DNA of 63,872 bases, filler included, from Basidioascus undulatus (lineage: Eukaryota), in the NCBI GenBank assembly GCA_000826855.1. It is 20 parts of 20 records of this genome, joined end to end, with 100 filler letters (N's around TTAATTAATTAA, not from the genome) between each part and the next. Parts side by side here need not be neighbours in the genome. Positions count along the whole stretch, not along the records: positions 38,006 to 40,083 come from JTLS01002951.1; positions 40,184 to 42,260 come from JTLS01002952.1; positions 42,361 to 44,435 come from JTLS01002953.1; positions 44,536 to 46,609 come from JTLS01002954.1; positions 46,710 to 48,783 come from JTLS01002955.1; positions 48,884 to 50,954 come from JTLS01002956.1; 14 more parts are not named here. One strand, 5' to 3'. The notes under the pieces are model-generated. The model was not told where the DNA came from. It saw only the letters and a list, made by a program, of their open reading frames with translations, and ran no database searches. Numbering within the stretch: position 1 is the first letter of the stretch; each line of letters starts with the position of its first letter. Position numbers and translations under genes: made by a program. Positions 38,006-51,054 of the stretch are shown here, one piece after another.

Positions 38006-40083
38006 ATGCGTGGTGAGCCAAGCTCGCGTCGGGATACGCCGGATCACCTACCAGTTCTCAACGGTCTTGGACCGCGCCTCGACGACATCTTCGTCGACCT
38101 CGACCGCGAGCGAGACGTGCTTCTTGTCCGCCTCGACGTCGACGATGAGCGCGTGGATGCGCGAGACCCAGAGCTCGCCCGTGGACGAGACGCCCGTGAG
38201 CTTGTGCGTCTTGGAGTCGTCGCCTGTTGGAAAATAAGAAGGGTGTGAGATGCACGTGCCGGGATGAGGAGAACGGCGGGAAGACAGACCGGTCACGACG
38301 GCCGCTGCCTTACAGAGGTCCGTCAGCGCCGCGAAGAGGTGCGAGCGGGCGGTGGAGCGGTCGATGTCGGACAGCGCGGGCTTGGGCGGGTTCTTGAACT
38401 GCGCACGACCCAGCTACTCATTCAACGTCGAGCCGGAAGGGATGCGTGCATGAAAGTAAACTCACAGCAGCGTAGGCGCTCTTCTTGGACGCCTTGCGGG
38501 GCACGAACACGCCGTGGAGAGTGAAGCACTCGAGGACGGACCAGATCCAGTCGTCCGAGCGGGGAATGGACCCGTTCCGCACGAGGTTGAGGAGCTGGTC
38601 GAACGCCCACTTGCGGCGCTGGCTCTTGGACTCCTTGGCGTCGACCGACCTTCACACAGCCGACCCAGTCAGCCCGCCCGTCGCCGATCACTCGACGAGA
38701 AAGGGAAAGGGAAGGGGAATACTCACTCCTCCTCTGCGCCCTCAATGACCCCGCGCAAGTGCGCAACGTACTCGGCCACGCCCGCGGCGGACATGGACGC
38801 CAGCACATTCGAGACCGTCTTCGTGCCGGTGATCTTGTCAAAGTGGGGCGAGCCGTGCTTGCCCAGGAGCTGCGAGACGAGCGGGAAGCCCAGCTGCGGG
38901 TTGGCGGTGATCAGGGGCTGGAGGTCCTTGGCCTGTAGCAACACACGTCCGGGTCAGCCTTCCGTTGAAATGGAGAGGAGAATACAGAGATGGGGGGGGG
39001 GGACCGGGGGAAAACCACGTACGATGCCCATCGCGACCTTGTGCAACGTCCGGTCCTCGCCGCGGAGGTGGTTGATCCACGTGCGCATAAAGTTGGGCGT
39101 GAAGAGCGTCTCGAGCAGCTTGGCCGGCACGCGCGGGAGCGCGAGACTGAAGAGGCTGAAGCCCCAGTACTTGCGCTGCGGGGAGGACGTGGCGGGGAAG
39201 AGGGACTCTGTGGGATAGTCGCGGTGGTTCAATCAGTGTTCTTTCGCGTGTCAAAGTGTGAGATCAAGAGACGCACCGTCGATGCAGATGCGGAAGAAGT
39301 CCTGGAAGGACGCCTTGGAAGGGTGGAGAGGCGTGGACGGGGCGGTCGGAGGGAAGTAGATGTCCAGGATCTGGGTGTACACCCAGTGCGGCTGCGGCTT
39401 CCAGCTGCCGGTGCCCGGGTTCGGCGCGGACCCGTCGACGGAGGCGTCCTGTTCAAGCATAGACATATGTCAGCTCCACCGGAAGGAATATTAAAAGCCA
39501 GCTGCTGAAACGCACGCGGATGATGCGCGCCAGGGTGGGCAGGTTCGGGAGAGCGAGGAGGGAGGGGTTCTTGAAGGTCGGCGAGAAGTAGGCGCGGTAG
39601 TCGAGGTCCTATATACCGCAGGGGTCAGCTCGAAGACGCTGAGGGGGGGGGGTTACGTAAGGAAACGCACGGGGCAGAGCTCCTGCGCCCTCAGCGCAAT
39701 GCCCACTTTCTCCGGGCCCCAGGCGTCCTTCTCCTCGCCCTCAAACAGCCTGTCCATCGCGCCCTTCGCCGCCTCCTCCTTCCACGCGACCTGCGACGCC
39801 TCCAGCGCCTCCAGCGCGCGGAGGAGCGTCCACCCGGCGGCCTCGCGCAGCCACGACTTCTTCTCCCCGAGCGCCCAGAGGTGCTCGACGGCGGCGTCAA
39901 AGTCGGCGAGGGTGGAAGACGACCGGTAGAGCAGCCCCGAGTTGATGAGCGCCTGCAGCCCGAAGAGCCGCGAGAAGAGAAGGTCCCGCTCGTCGGACGC
40001 TTTGTTGCCGGAGTCGGTGGAGGGCGTGGAGTGGAAGAGGAGGAGGGGGAGAGCGGGACGGGGATGGGATGGAGGCTGATGAG
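38006..40083 (-). CDS. POL5: Pol5 / MYBBP1A ('DNA polymerase phi') rRNA biogenesis factor, internal fragment
   Basis: RDLLFSRLFGL; KKSWLREAAGW; SFQDFFRICID|ESLF..SPQRKYWGF; LFTPNFMRTWINHL..DRTLHKVA; HFDKITGTKTV; RRKWAFDQL. Confidence 0.88.
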
Positions 40084-40245
40084 NNNNNNNNNNNNNNNNN
40101 NNNNNNNNNNNNNNNNNNNNNNNNNNNTTAATTAATTAANNNNNNNNNNNNNNNNNNNNNNNNNNNNNNNNNNNNNNNNNNNNGCATATTCCCATCGCCC
40201 ACCCACTCCGCCATGCACGCGCACTGATACGCCGGCCTACCACAG

Positions 40246-42260
40246 GTCGCGCGCGAGACGGCCCTCCTATTCAACCCGCACGTCAAGATCACCGCGCACC
40301 ACGCCAACATCAAGGACAAGCAGTTCAACATCGGCTACTTCAAGTCGTTCGACGTCGTCCTCAACGCGCTCGACAACCTCGGTCCGTCCTCGCCGACCCC
40401 CTCCCCACCACTCCAATTCAATTACTGACGCTGCGAGAGGTTTATGCCGATGGCAGATGCGCGCCGCCATGTCAACAGGATGTGTCTCGCCGCGGACGTG
40501 CCGCTCATCGAGTCGGGCACGACGGGCTACGTCGGGCAGGTGCAGGTCATCGTGAAGGTGCGCCTCACGTTTCTCCCATCTGACCCGCACGTTCCCACCC
40601 AAGCAAGCTTCTGGCCTCGTTCGCATTGCCTGACTGGTTGGCTGGTCGCAGGATATCACCGAGTGCTACGACTGCCAGCCCAAGCCCGTCCCGCGCACGT
40701 ACCCCGTCTGCACGATCCGCTCCACACCCTCCGCGCCCATCCACACCATCGTCTGGGCAAAGTCGTACCTCTTCCAGTGCGTCCTGTTCTCCATCTCCAC
40801 AGCCTTTTCTTCTTTTCTCCCTTCTTGCTCAGGCCGTCTTGGCGATCGACAGGCAACTGTTCGGGGAGGACGAGGACGGCGAGGAGGAGCTGGACAAGGC
40901 TGCTGAGGACGGGGAGAACGGTGAGCGTCTGACGCCGTGACGCACCGGGAAGCGAACCCTAACGCGGCGCACGCCACCGACTCGCAGCAGACGAGATCGC
41001 CTCCCTGAAAAAGGAGGCGGCCGAGTTCAAGCGCGTGCGCGCAACGCTAAGCCAGCCGGGCGGAGCGGAGCGCGTGTTCGACAAGGTCCGCCTTCCCTGC
41101 CTATCCCTTCCCCTCCCTGCTCTTCCCCTCCCTCCCCTTCCCCCCTGAACAGCACGAACCTGAACACCACGCACTCGTCCCCGCCAGGTCTTCAACACCG
41201 ACATTCACCGTCTCCTCTCGATGGAAGACATGTGGAAGGCGCGCGCCAAGCCCACGCCGCTCGTGTACGACGACATCCTCTCCGCGTCCGCGCCCGCGCC
41301 CGCGGGGGCGCCAAGCACAGGCTCCGGGCTGAAGGACCAGCGCGTCCTGAGCCTGAAGGAGAACGTCCAGCTGTTCATGGACAGGTTCGTCTGTTGCCTT
41401 ACCACGCGCGTCTGTCTCAAGCGAGCCATGCTTAGCGAGCCTTTGGGGGCGCAGCTGCGACCGCCTCCAGAAGCGCGCGGCCCTCGCGCCTGGAACGCCG
41501 CTTGCGTTCGACAAGGACGACGCGGACGCGCTCGACTTTGTTACTGCTACCAGCAATCTGCGCAGCACGGTCTATGGGATTCCGAACAAGTCGAGGTTCG
41601 ACGTGAAGGGTGCGTGTGCAGCTCGAGTCGTTTAGGTAGGGTGTTGGCGCTGATTTTGGCTGTGGGACTGGGCGGGCAGAGATGGCCGGGAACATCATTC
41701 CCGCTATCGCCACGACGAACGCGATCATCGCGGGCGCACAGAGTACGTCTCAACTTGCAGGTCCAAACCGGGATCCGCCGGCTCACTTCTTCCTTCTCAC
41801 AGTCCTCCAGCTCTTCCACGTCCTCCGCGCGCACTGGACGTCCTGCAAGCCAGTCTACCTAACCGCCAAGGGCGTCAGCACGATGCCGCCCGCCCCGCCG
41901 AACCCGTCCTGCGGCGTCTGCCGCGACACGTACATCCCGCTCCCCGCGGACCTCTCCCGCCTCACGCTCGGCGCGCTCATCGCCGGCCCGGCGCGCGCCA
42001 TCGAGGCCTTCGCGGGGGACCGCGAGATCAGCGTGTTTGAGGGGAGCCGCATGCTCGCGGATCCGGACTTGGAGGATAATTTGGGCAAGACCCTGCTGGA
42101 GCTCCGGGTGGAAGTGAATGCGTTTGTCATGGTTGTGGATGAGGATGGGGAATATGGGAATGTGGCGTTTGTCATTAGCGAGCTGTACGTCCTACGTTGT
42201 CCTGTTCCTCCTCATCCCAGGTTGGTGGGGCTGACCACGCGCCCCGCAGGCCCTCCTCCC
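40246..42260 (+). CDS. UBA2: SUMO-activating enzyme subunit 2, internal fragment
   Basis: [114 protein letters not shown]. Confidence 0.95.
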
Positions 42261-42429
42261 NNNNNNNNNNNNNNNNNNNNNNNNNNNNNNNNNNNNNNNN
42301 NNNNTTAATTAATTAANNNNNNNNNNNNNNNNNNNNNNNNNNNNNNNNNNNNNNNNNNNNGGTGGGGCGCGTGTCGTGCGAGGGGAGGGGGGGGGGGGGG
42401 CCGGATATGTCGGCTGGGGAGGAATAACA

Positions 42430-44435
42430 TGGTCTCAGCGACGTCTGAATAATGATCTAACTCTGGTCGTCCTGCTACCTAAAGAACCCTGCCTCGACCG
42501 CGGGAGCGAGTTGCCATGCCAAGTCGATGCCGTCCCGCGAGACGAGATGCTATCCGAGCGCGTGCCTGCTCCCACCGCGCAACCGATCGATATCCATCTC
42601 AACCACCCCCTCCATCTCCTCCGCTCCTGGACGTACCTCTGCTCGCCCTCGCCTGATCAACCAAATGGGCCATGTACGCGTCCCCCGGCGCATAGCTCGC
42701 CCAAAAGCGCTTCACAAGCGTCTGGGCGTCCGCTTCCACCTCCACGCTCTCCTCTCCGCCGAGCCCAACCGCCCAGCGTGCGACCCATGCGCCGGTAAGG
42801 CGCGCAACGTCCCGCCAGTACGTGCGCTGGACGCCCGCGAGCTCGCCGACGGCGAGGTCGACGAGGCGAGCGTGGAGCGACAGGAAGCGCGGGAGCTCGT
42901 CGAGCAGCTGCGAGTTGAGCGCGAGGAACGCGTCGGCGCTCTCGCGCGTTTTGCGGTCGCCCGGCTTGGAGAAGGAGGAGCGCAGACGCGTGTAGTCGAG
43001 TAAGCGGACGTCCCGCTTTGCCATTACCAGGCGCGGGTTCTTGGAGAGCGTATGGAGACGCTCGAAGAGCGGGTCGAGCGTGCTTTGCACCGAGTGGACC
43101 TGCCGCGCGTCATTATCGTCAGCTTTGTCCAGACGCCAGTAGCCAATCGAGTAACGCCACCATTTCCACATACGGCCCCTTCACGACCTCCCTGAGCGTC
43201 CCCGCAAACGCGTCGAGCCGCGCATTCTCGCCCGTCTCGGCCCCAAGCGTCTCGACCGCCCTCCACCTCTCCGCCAACCTCCCCATCTGGCTGACCTCCC
43301 CACCCACGCAGTCCACCCACTCTCTTACAGCGCCCTGTAGCTCCCTCACGCGCGCCTCGGCCGCATCGACGCGGGCCACAAGCGCCGCGTAGCGCTCGAG
43401 GTGGAGCTCCGGCTCGCGGTCGGGCGCGGCGCGGATGATCGCGTGCTTGGCGCGCTCCTTGGTCCGCAGGAAGCGCTTTGAGACGCCATCGGCGAAGGAG
43501 GAGGAGCCAGAGGAGGAGGACGTGTCGGGGGACATGGGCGAGGAGGTCGCCCCCGAGGGTCGCCGGTCGCGCGTCAGGCGGGAGATCGGGGAGTCGCGGC
43601 TGCCTTTTCGGCCCGAATGCAGGACGCGATCGACGGTTTCTGGACCACCCCACCAATACTGCTGGTTAGGTCCATTCCATTTCTCATCCTGCGTCCAGGA
43701 CTTTCGCAGAATAGGCATGGAAGCAAGGAGAGGGAGAGAAGCGAGAGGGGGAGGGGGGGAAAAAGGAAGGGGGGAGAGGGAAGGGAAACCACCCACCCTT
43801 CCTCCGCTTCGCCTCGTTAATCCCCTCCGCAACAGCCTGCATCTCCCTGAGCGCTTCCACCAGGCGCGGCAAGTCCGGGTCGTCCGCGTCCGCGCACTCG
43901 ACAAGGTTCTGGAGCAGGAGCGGGTACTTGAGCACGCGTTGGAGGGGCTTGATCAACTGCTCGTCCATCCCACCGTCCACATTCCCCAACCACGTCAGCA
44001 ACTTGCTCATCTTCTCCCAACCCACGAACGGGCACGCAGCGAGGGTGACTGGGAACGGGAAAGGAACGGGAAAGGGGACGGGGACGGGACGGGGAAGGAA
44101 AGAAGGTGGAGGAAGGGAGAAACGGAGAAGGGGAGAAGAAGGGATGATGGACGACACACCAAGCTCCCCAAATCCCATGCATGCGTCCTCTCCGTGCTCC
44201 TCGTCCCACAATCGGCCAGCCACGCCCGCACGTGCGGATCTTCTTTTTGCAGAAGGAGAAGGCGGTTGCTCGCGGCCTCGTGTCGCGCGCAGTAGACGCT
44301 GTAGAGGGGCTGGATGTGGGTTGGCTGCGCGCGTCCGGTCCATCCCACATCAATATTCATATCTACCGAGGTCGACCAAGAAAGTCGGAGGAGGGAAAGG
44401 AGAGGGAGAGACGCACGATGACCTCGCAAAACACC
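42430..44435 (-). CDS. RhoGEF (DH) + BAR domain protein (dynamin-binding protein / Gef1-like), internal fragment
   Basis: YSVYCARHEAA..AWDLGSL|LIKPLQRVLKYPLLL..INEAKRRK (DH), then NPRLVMAKRDVRLLDYTR..AFLALNSQLLDELPRF (BAR). Confidence 0.82.
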
Positions 44436-44535
44436 NNNNNNNNNNNNNNNNNNNNNNNNNNNNNNNNNNNNNNNNNNNNTTAATTAATTAANNNNNNNNN
44501 NNNNNNNNNNNNNNNNNNNNNNNNNNNNNNNNNNN

Positions 44536-45436
44536 CGTGTCGGGGCTCGAGAGCCTGCTCCATCTCGCTGCGGCTAGCGTGGGCGTGACGGTCCCTGCGC
44601 CCGCGCAGCAGCACCACGAGCAGCACCACGAGCAGCACCACGAGCAGCACGAGCAGCAGCACCAGCCGGAGCAGCGCGTCGCGCCCACGCCCGCGCCGCC
44701 CGCGAAGAAGGCGCGGAAGCGCAAGGCGTCGACGGGCGACGGGGACGATGGGGAGGGTGGACGGCGCCGACGGAAGGGCAAGGGCAGGGAGAAGACGCCT
44801 CAGCCAAACACGTTCGAGGTGAACCCCTCTGCTCCGACTCCCGGCCCCGCACACCACCACCACGAGTCCGACCACGACGCCGCGACTGCCGCTCTCTTCG
44901 GCACGTTCGCGGTCAACCCTGCGCGCGAGTCCACCCCTCCGCCGCGCACCACCGCACCCACCCCCGGTGTCGAGCCCGCGCCCGCGCCCGTCTTCCCTCA
45001 ACCAGAACCCACCACCTACCGGCGCGCCATTTCGACCTCCGCCGCCGCTGCCGCCGCTGCCGCCTCCGCCTCTGCCACCTCCGCCGGGGCGGACGACTCT
45101 GACAGCGGCCTGCCGGCCGCGCCTCGTCGCGCGCGGCGCAAGAACCCGTGGACGGACGAGGAGACGCGGTGCCTGCAGACGTACCTCGAGCGGTACTACC
45201 CTTTGCTCAAGGGCGCCGCGCCGTGGGCGTACATCCGGGACCGGCACGGGCCCGACGGGACGATCGACCAGACGCTCGGGAACCGCAGCCACGTCGACCT
45301 CCAGGATAAGGCGCGCATCCTCACCGGCCAGCTGTGGAGGGAGGGAAAGCAGATCCCGCTTTGGCTTAGGTGCGCCAAGCCGCCGAAGAGGATCATCGAT
45401 AAGATGCGCCCGATGAGGGGAGAGTGGCAGTATTGA
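44536..45436 (+). CDS. Myb/telobox (Tbf1/TRF-like) DNA-binding protein, 5'-partial
   Basis: C-terminal RRKNPWTDEETRCL..PWAYIRDRHGPDGTIDQTLGNRSHVDLQDKARIL resembles the Tbf1 telobox (W..I...G..G.I...L..R..V.LKDKARN). Also a basic NLS-like AKKARKRK and (EQHH) repeats. Confidence 0.75.
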
Positions 45437-46533
45437 GGAGGCGCGGTGGGGGGCCAGCGTCGCTGAATGATTGAATGAAATGTAGAGGCGCACTGTTGTT
45501 ACATTATTACTGCATTATGACTTTCGCGACACATTATCTTGTGCTTTGAGCGTCAACCGGTGTGTCCATGGGTTGAAAGAGTTGTGAGCGTGCGTTTCCA
45601 ACCAAATCGTCATTTGCCATGCTTACTTCAGCACAAACGGCAATCTCTCACATCTACTTTGCGCAGAGCATGCGTAGATTACAGCAAGATAGCTCGCAGC
45701 CTGGGCAGTGGAGTCGGCAGCGTCGTGCAGAGTGCCCTCAGAGAGTACATCACACATGCAGCTACGGCACGTATGTCCCTACATAGCAGGAGTTTTTCCT
45801 TTTGTTATTTTCTCCTGGTGTGGGTCAGCGGAAGCAAGCAAAACTAGGTCCGCGGCTGAAGAGAGGCGCAGTGTGGACAGACAGAAAGGCGAGTGGCGGA
45901 ATACTGTCATCTCTCACTTCCATGAAGTGGATCAATCTGAACATCGACTGTTGTTCTGAACAGCCAAATATCCCACTCGGAGTGGTTGCAGGCGTCTCAA
46001 GACTGATGAGGTGCACCGCTGTTGCTGGCTTGTGGCCGAGCCAGGTCTGCGGCTACGAAAGCGTAGTACGCCCTTCGGCTGTCGCTCACATTGGTATGAC
46101 TGCAAAGTATTCCAGATTATCTGAAGGCTTATGTGACTCTAGGAACGCTTGGAGGGCTCAAGGGTGTCAAGCAACTTGGGTTCCAACGGACTGCGGTACT
46201 TCCACCAGCGTCGCCGTCGCACTCTTGAAAGTACCTACACCACCCTTCTGTGAGGGGTTTGGGGGTATTCGGCCGCAATTTCAAACTGGAATGCGGCATT
46301 TCGGGTCAACTCTCAGCGGTTTCGTAACAGCCGATACCTACTGCTGCGGCTCACTCCCAACTGCCAGTCGCAGGGGGCGAGCAATTCCACTTCTGGTTTC
46401 CGTCTCACTCAACCTTCAGTGAAAGTCTGACGAATCTCAGAGAATGCCAAAGATAATTTGCGCTGATATAAAACCATTTCCTGGACTGTGATAAGAATAT
46501 TGAACTTGTTTTTCAGCTCTCGAAAAGAAACAA

Positions 46534-46609
46534 GGCGAGATGGCCGAGCGGTCTAAGGCGCCAGACTAAGGATCTGGTCCGAAAGGGCGTGGGTTCGAAT
46601 CCCACTCTC
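46534..46609 (+). tRNA. tRNA-Leu(AAG), last 3-4 nt cut by contig end
   Basis: GGCGAGA TGGCCGAGCGGTCTAAGGC G CCAGA-CT-AAG-GA-TCTGG, long variable arm TCCGAAAGGG, T-arm GTGGG-TTCGAAT-CCCAC. Confidence 0.95.
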
Positions 46610-46709
46610 NNNNNNNNNNNNNNNNNNNNNNNNNNNNNNNNNNNNNNNNNNNNTTAATTAATTAANNNNNNNNNNNNNNNNNNNNNNNNNNNNNNNNNNN
46701 NNNNNNNNN

Positions 46710-48783
46710 GCTTCCTCCCACCAAAAGGACGCCTCGTCCTCCGCTGCCCCCGCCCCCCACTCCTCCAAGCGCTCCGACCCCTCGCGCTCTTACTACTCCC
46801 GCCCCGTCCCGCGCCTCCCCAGCGCAACTGTACCGAGAGCGCCCCCCGCAGCGCTGTACTGGTCCCGCGCGCCTGTGTGGGGCCAAATGCCCGGGCGGGG
46901 CTTGAGGGCCCACTCGGCGACGGTCGTGGTGGAGGGCGGGGGAGGGAGTACGTGGCATGGTGGTGGGACGGCCGGGACGGCCGGGAAGGTGTTTGTGTTT
47001 GGGGGTTGCGATCCGAAGAATTGCTGGAAGGACGTGTGGTGCTTGGATGCGGGTAGGTCTTCCCTTTCTTCCTCCATCTTGTCCCCCTCCTCCTCCCTTT
47101 CTCTCTCCCTCGGTGTGAGAGCGTGCTGATCACCGAGGGATGACAGAGACCTGGCACTGGACCAAGCCCCGCGTATCGGGCACGATTCCTCCTCCGCTCC
47201 GCGCGCACTCCGCAACGCTGGTCGATCGTCCGTCTCTCCTCTCCCTCTTCCCTCTCCCCCTCTCCTTGCCTCCATGACGATGCCAGCGGAGGATGCTGAG
47301 TGCGCGGTGAGAGGGGGAAACAGGCCGACTGTGGATCTTCGGCGGCGGGGACGGATCGATGTACTCGAACGATCTGTATTGGTTGGACACGCGTGGGTCT
47401 TTTCCCTTCCTCCAGACCTCACCTCCCCTTCCGCTCCCCTCTCCCCACTCCTGCCTTCTTCCGCCCCACCCGCTCTCCCCTCGGTGAAGGGCGCACTCAC
47501 CCCGGTGGAACGAAAACAGTCTCCATGATCTGGACCAAAGCCTCTCCCTCGGGGGACGCGCCCTCCAAGCGGCGCGCGCACGCGGCGTGTTTGTGGACTG
47601 AGAACCGGGTGGGTCATCCTCCTCCTTCCCTCCGCCGCTTGCTCCCCCCGTTCTCCCCGATCTCGCCATCTCTCCTTCTTTCCGATCCCTCGTCCCTCTC
47701 CCCTCCCTCCACCACCTCCTCTTCCTCCGTCGTTCCCGCCCTCCTCTTCCACAACCAACCGACTCTACTCACAAGCAAATCCCGCAGATCGTCATCTTCG
47801 GCGGCGGCAACGGTGCCAAAGCGCTGAACGACGTGCACGTCCTCGACGTCTCCGACCCGGCGCGGCCGCACTGGTCCCCGCTCAGCACGGTCGGTACCCC
47901 TCCCGGCAGGAGGGGGTACCATACGGCCAATTTGGTTAATGGGAAATTGGTGAGTTGGAGGTTTTGATGTGGTGGTGTGGTGGAGAAGGGGGAGGGAGGA
48001 TGGGGGTGTGGTAGGTTGGGCGGGTTGGGGAAGGGCAGTGAGATTCGGGATGGGTTCAGGAGATGGAATCGCGGTCGGCGACAGGGTCAGGGGACGGGGA
48101 TCGCACAGGTTGAGTTCGCGGGTCGAGGTTTGGCTCGAGGTCTCGGGTTCGAGGTCGGGATCGGGATCGGGATGCAGTCGCGTCGGGGCTGGGTCCGCCA
48201 GACGGTGAGAGGTAGTCGGGGGAAGGAGCAGAGGGTTGGAGGCTGGGCCGGGTATCGCTTAGACCGGGGCTCGCTGAGGGATGGAGGGGGGAGGCCGCGC
48301 TGGTGGATGGGAACGAGGGAGGGGAGGGGACGACGGTTCGGAAAGTCGGATAGCCGCCAGGAGCATGAGGAGAGATCGGGACGGGTGGAGAGATGGGAGA
48401 GGAATCATGCGGAGAAGATGGAACGGACAGGACGCGAAAGGATGAATGCTGACTGGGCGTCGGCATGGGGTGGGACTGGATAGGTCGTCTATGGCGGGAG
48501 CGACGGGCACGAGTGCTTTGGGGACGTTCATGTTCTGGACCTGGGTGCGTGGCTGCGCTTCTTCTCTCCCACCGCCTTATCCCTGCGCTCCTCGTCCGCC
48601 GCCGCCGCCCTTTTCTTCTTCCCCGCACGTTCCCACCCCGCTTTCCGAGGTTTCACCCCCCAAGCTGTGTTCTCTTCTCCTTTCCCATCCTTCCTTCCTC
48701 CTCCCATTTCTCTTCCCCATCATTCCCTCCTCCCGCTTCCCATCCCCTCCTGCTTTTGTTTTTATTTTTTGTTTTGATTTTTT
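46710..48783 (+). CDS. Kelch-repeat (beta-propeller) protein, internal fragment
   Basis: Repeated kelch units across exons: LRAHSATVV..VFVFGGCD..DVWCLD; LRAHSATLVD..LWIFGGGDG..NDLY; RRAHAA..IVIFGGGNG..NDVHVLD; RGYHTA..VVYGGSDG..DVHVLDL. Confidence 0.9.
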
Positions 48784-48883
48784 NNNNNNNNNNNNNNNNN
48801 NNNNNNNNNNNNNNNNNNNNNNNNNNNTTAATTAATTAANNNNNNNNNNNNNNNNNNNNNNNNNNNNNNNNNNNNNNNNNNNN

Positions 48884-50954
48884 CTTCTTCTCCTCCTTCT
48901 TCTCCTCGCTCCTCTCCTGGGTAATGAGTCCCTCCTTCCGCCTCATCTTCGCCTCGTACTTCTCGAGCTCCTCCACGCGCTTCTTCTGCTGCACGCCGGC
49001 GAGGAAGCGCGCGTCCTTGCGGAGCTCGCGGATCGCGCCCTTACGCTCGCGCTTGTACTGCGCGCGCAGCTTCGCGTCCGCCGCGCGCTCTCGGTCCGGG
49101 TCGTATGAGTGCCGGTCCGCGCTGTACCGCTCCTCGAACTTCGGCACGAACGTCGCGATCGGGATCGGCTTGTGCGCCTGCAGCGCGAGAGGGCGCCGCG
49201 CGCCCACAGAGAACTTGAGCTGCCGCGAGAGCTGGTCCCGCGTCGAGACGAGCGGTTTCTACAGTCACATCACGAGCATAATATCAGCACTGTTGGTTTC
49301 TGAAAAGGAACGGGGGAAGGTAAAGAACGCACCCGCAAAGCCTCCGGCAAGGCCTCCTCCTTCAGGTCCTTGAGGATCTCGCATGCCGGCACGAACGCCT
49401 CAACGAACGCGTCGAGGCCAGTCCAGAGCTGCGCGAACTTGGCCAGGAGCCTGAGCGCCTTGTCGAATAGGTCCACGCGCGCCTGGGCGTCGTCGTCCTC
49501 CACGTCGAGAATCTCCGGCAGCGGGGGCGTGCGCGGGGCGCCCGCGGGCGCGGAGGGGTCGATGCGGAGGTGAGCGAGGCGTGCGGACGACGCGTCGGGG
49601 GCGGGGAAGACTCCGGGGAGGGAGGAGGGTGCGGACGGGGCGAGGATGAGGAGTGCGTTGGCGATAAAGTTGAGTGTCTCTGGCACGAAGCGCTTCGAGA
49701 GGGCCTCGTACTGCAAGAACAACGAGCAAAGCACCAAGCCGCTCGCGAGGTCCGCCAGGCTCCGCAATCGCGCCTGCGCGAGGTACTGCCCCATGAGGAG
49801 CTCGGCCGCAGCGCCAATGGGGTGCGAGAGATCGCTCGTACTCCAGACGACACCGGCGAGGCGGAGGAGCGCGAGCTCAGGGAGAGCAGGCCACGTACGG
49901 CTCTCAGCGTCCAGCGCGCCGCGCGCGAGCCCCCGTGCGAGATTCCGCTGCATTAATGTCAGCTTGTCTTGAAACGCGCCCGCCGCGCGGAGCGGCGCGA
50001 GGGAGGAGAGCGCGTAGATGTGCGGCGTTAAGGCGGACAGCGTCGAAAGCGCAGGCGTCGGCTGCGAGGAGAGGTGCAGGACGTGGTCGAGCAGGACGGT
50101 GTTGAATGTCTGCGAAGCCAAAGGGCGCGTTAGTGGATGAACGCCGGGGGTAGAGACGACGGGAGGGGAACGCACAGCCAGCTTCTCCTTGTTGTCCTCG
50201 CCGAGCTGCGGGTGGTACAGCACCCGAATGCGCTGCACGACGACGGGCACGTCCTCCTCCCTCACGCCGTCGAGGATCTCGAGCAGCTCATCGTGCGTCG
50301 CCGGGCACGGGAACGTGAAGGGGAGGGTGGCCGACGCGGCGGGGGCCTTGGCCTTCTTGGACTTGGCGGCGGACGGCGCGAGGGAGGCGTGTGCGCCGCC
50401 TGAGGGCGAGCCCACGTCAGACGGCGCGGACTCGCCGCCGGCGTCGGAGCCGATGTCGGAGAAGGCCTCAAAACCGTCTTCGTCACCGTCACCGTCCTCA
50501 TCCTCCTCCTCTTCGTCCTCGTCCTCACCCCTGTCAACACCTCGTCAGCCCCCGCTCAATCCTATCCCAAATGGAAAGATCAACGCACTCGTCCTCCTCC
50601 CCGCCCTCCTCCTGCTCCTCCTGCCCCTCCACCCCCAGCCCTATCCCAAGTCCAAAGTCCTCCGCCCTCTCCTCCTCCACAAAGTCATCCTCCAAATCAT
50701 CTCCCTCTGGCTTCCCGCTCGCGCGCTCCCTGCGGGCCTTCCACCCCTTCCCCTTCCCCCCGCCCGCCTCCTCCTCGCCGCGCATGCGCCTCAAGCGCGC
50801 AGCCTCCTTCGCCTCGAGCTCCTCGCGCGCAGCGAGCGCAAGCTCCGCCTCGCTCTTGAGCCTGTCCTGCGGCTTCGCGCGCCGCTCGAACGCCAGCTCG
50901 CGCACGAACGTGTCGTACGACGAGGACTCGCCGGAGGGGCCTTTGTAGTTCGGG
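48884..50954 (-). CDS. NOP14: Nucleolar protein 14, C-terminal fragment
   Basis: YDTFVRELAFERRAKPQDRLKS; LPFTFPCPATHDELL..VQRIRVLYHP..NKEKL; WSTSDLSHP; RRPLALQAHKPIPI..PKFEE; LRAQYKRERKGAIRELRKDARFL. Confidence 0.93.
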
Positions 50955-51054
50955 NNNNNNNNNNNNNNNNNNNNNNNNNNNNNNNNNNNNNNNNNNNNTT
51001 AATTAATTAANNNNNNNNNNNNNNNNNNNNNNNNNNNNNNNNNNNNNNNNNNNN

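Noticed and set aside
44480..45493. Long antisense/overlapping ORFs here and throughout the ORF track
   Set aside because: Shadows of high-GC coding sequence on the other strand or frame; Arg/Pro/Gly-rich with no motifs.
38006..50954. Apparent ribosome-biogenesis/nuclear gene cluster (POL5, UBA2, NOP14, telobox)
   Set aside because: Each gene is on a different contig; adjacency is an artefact of concatenation.
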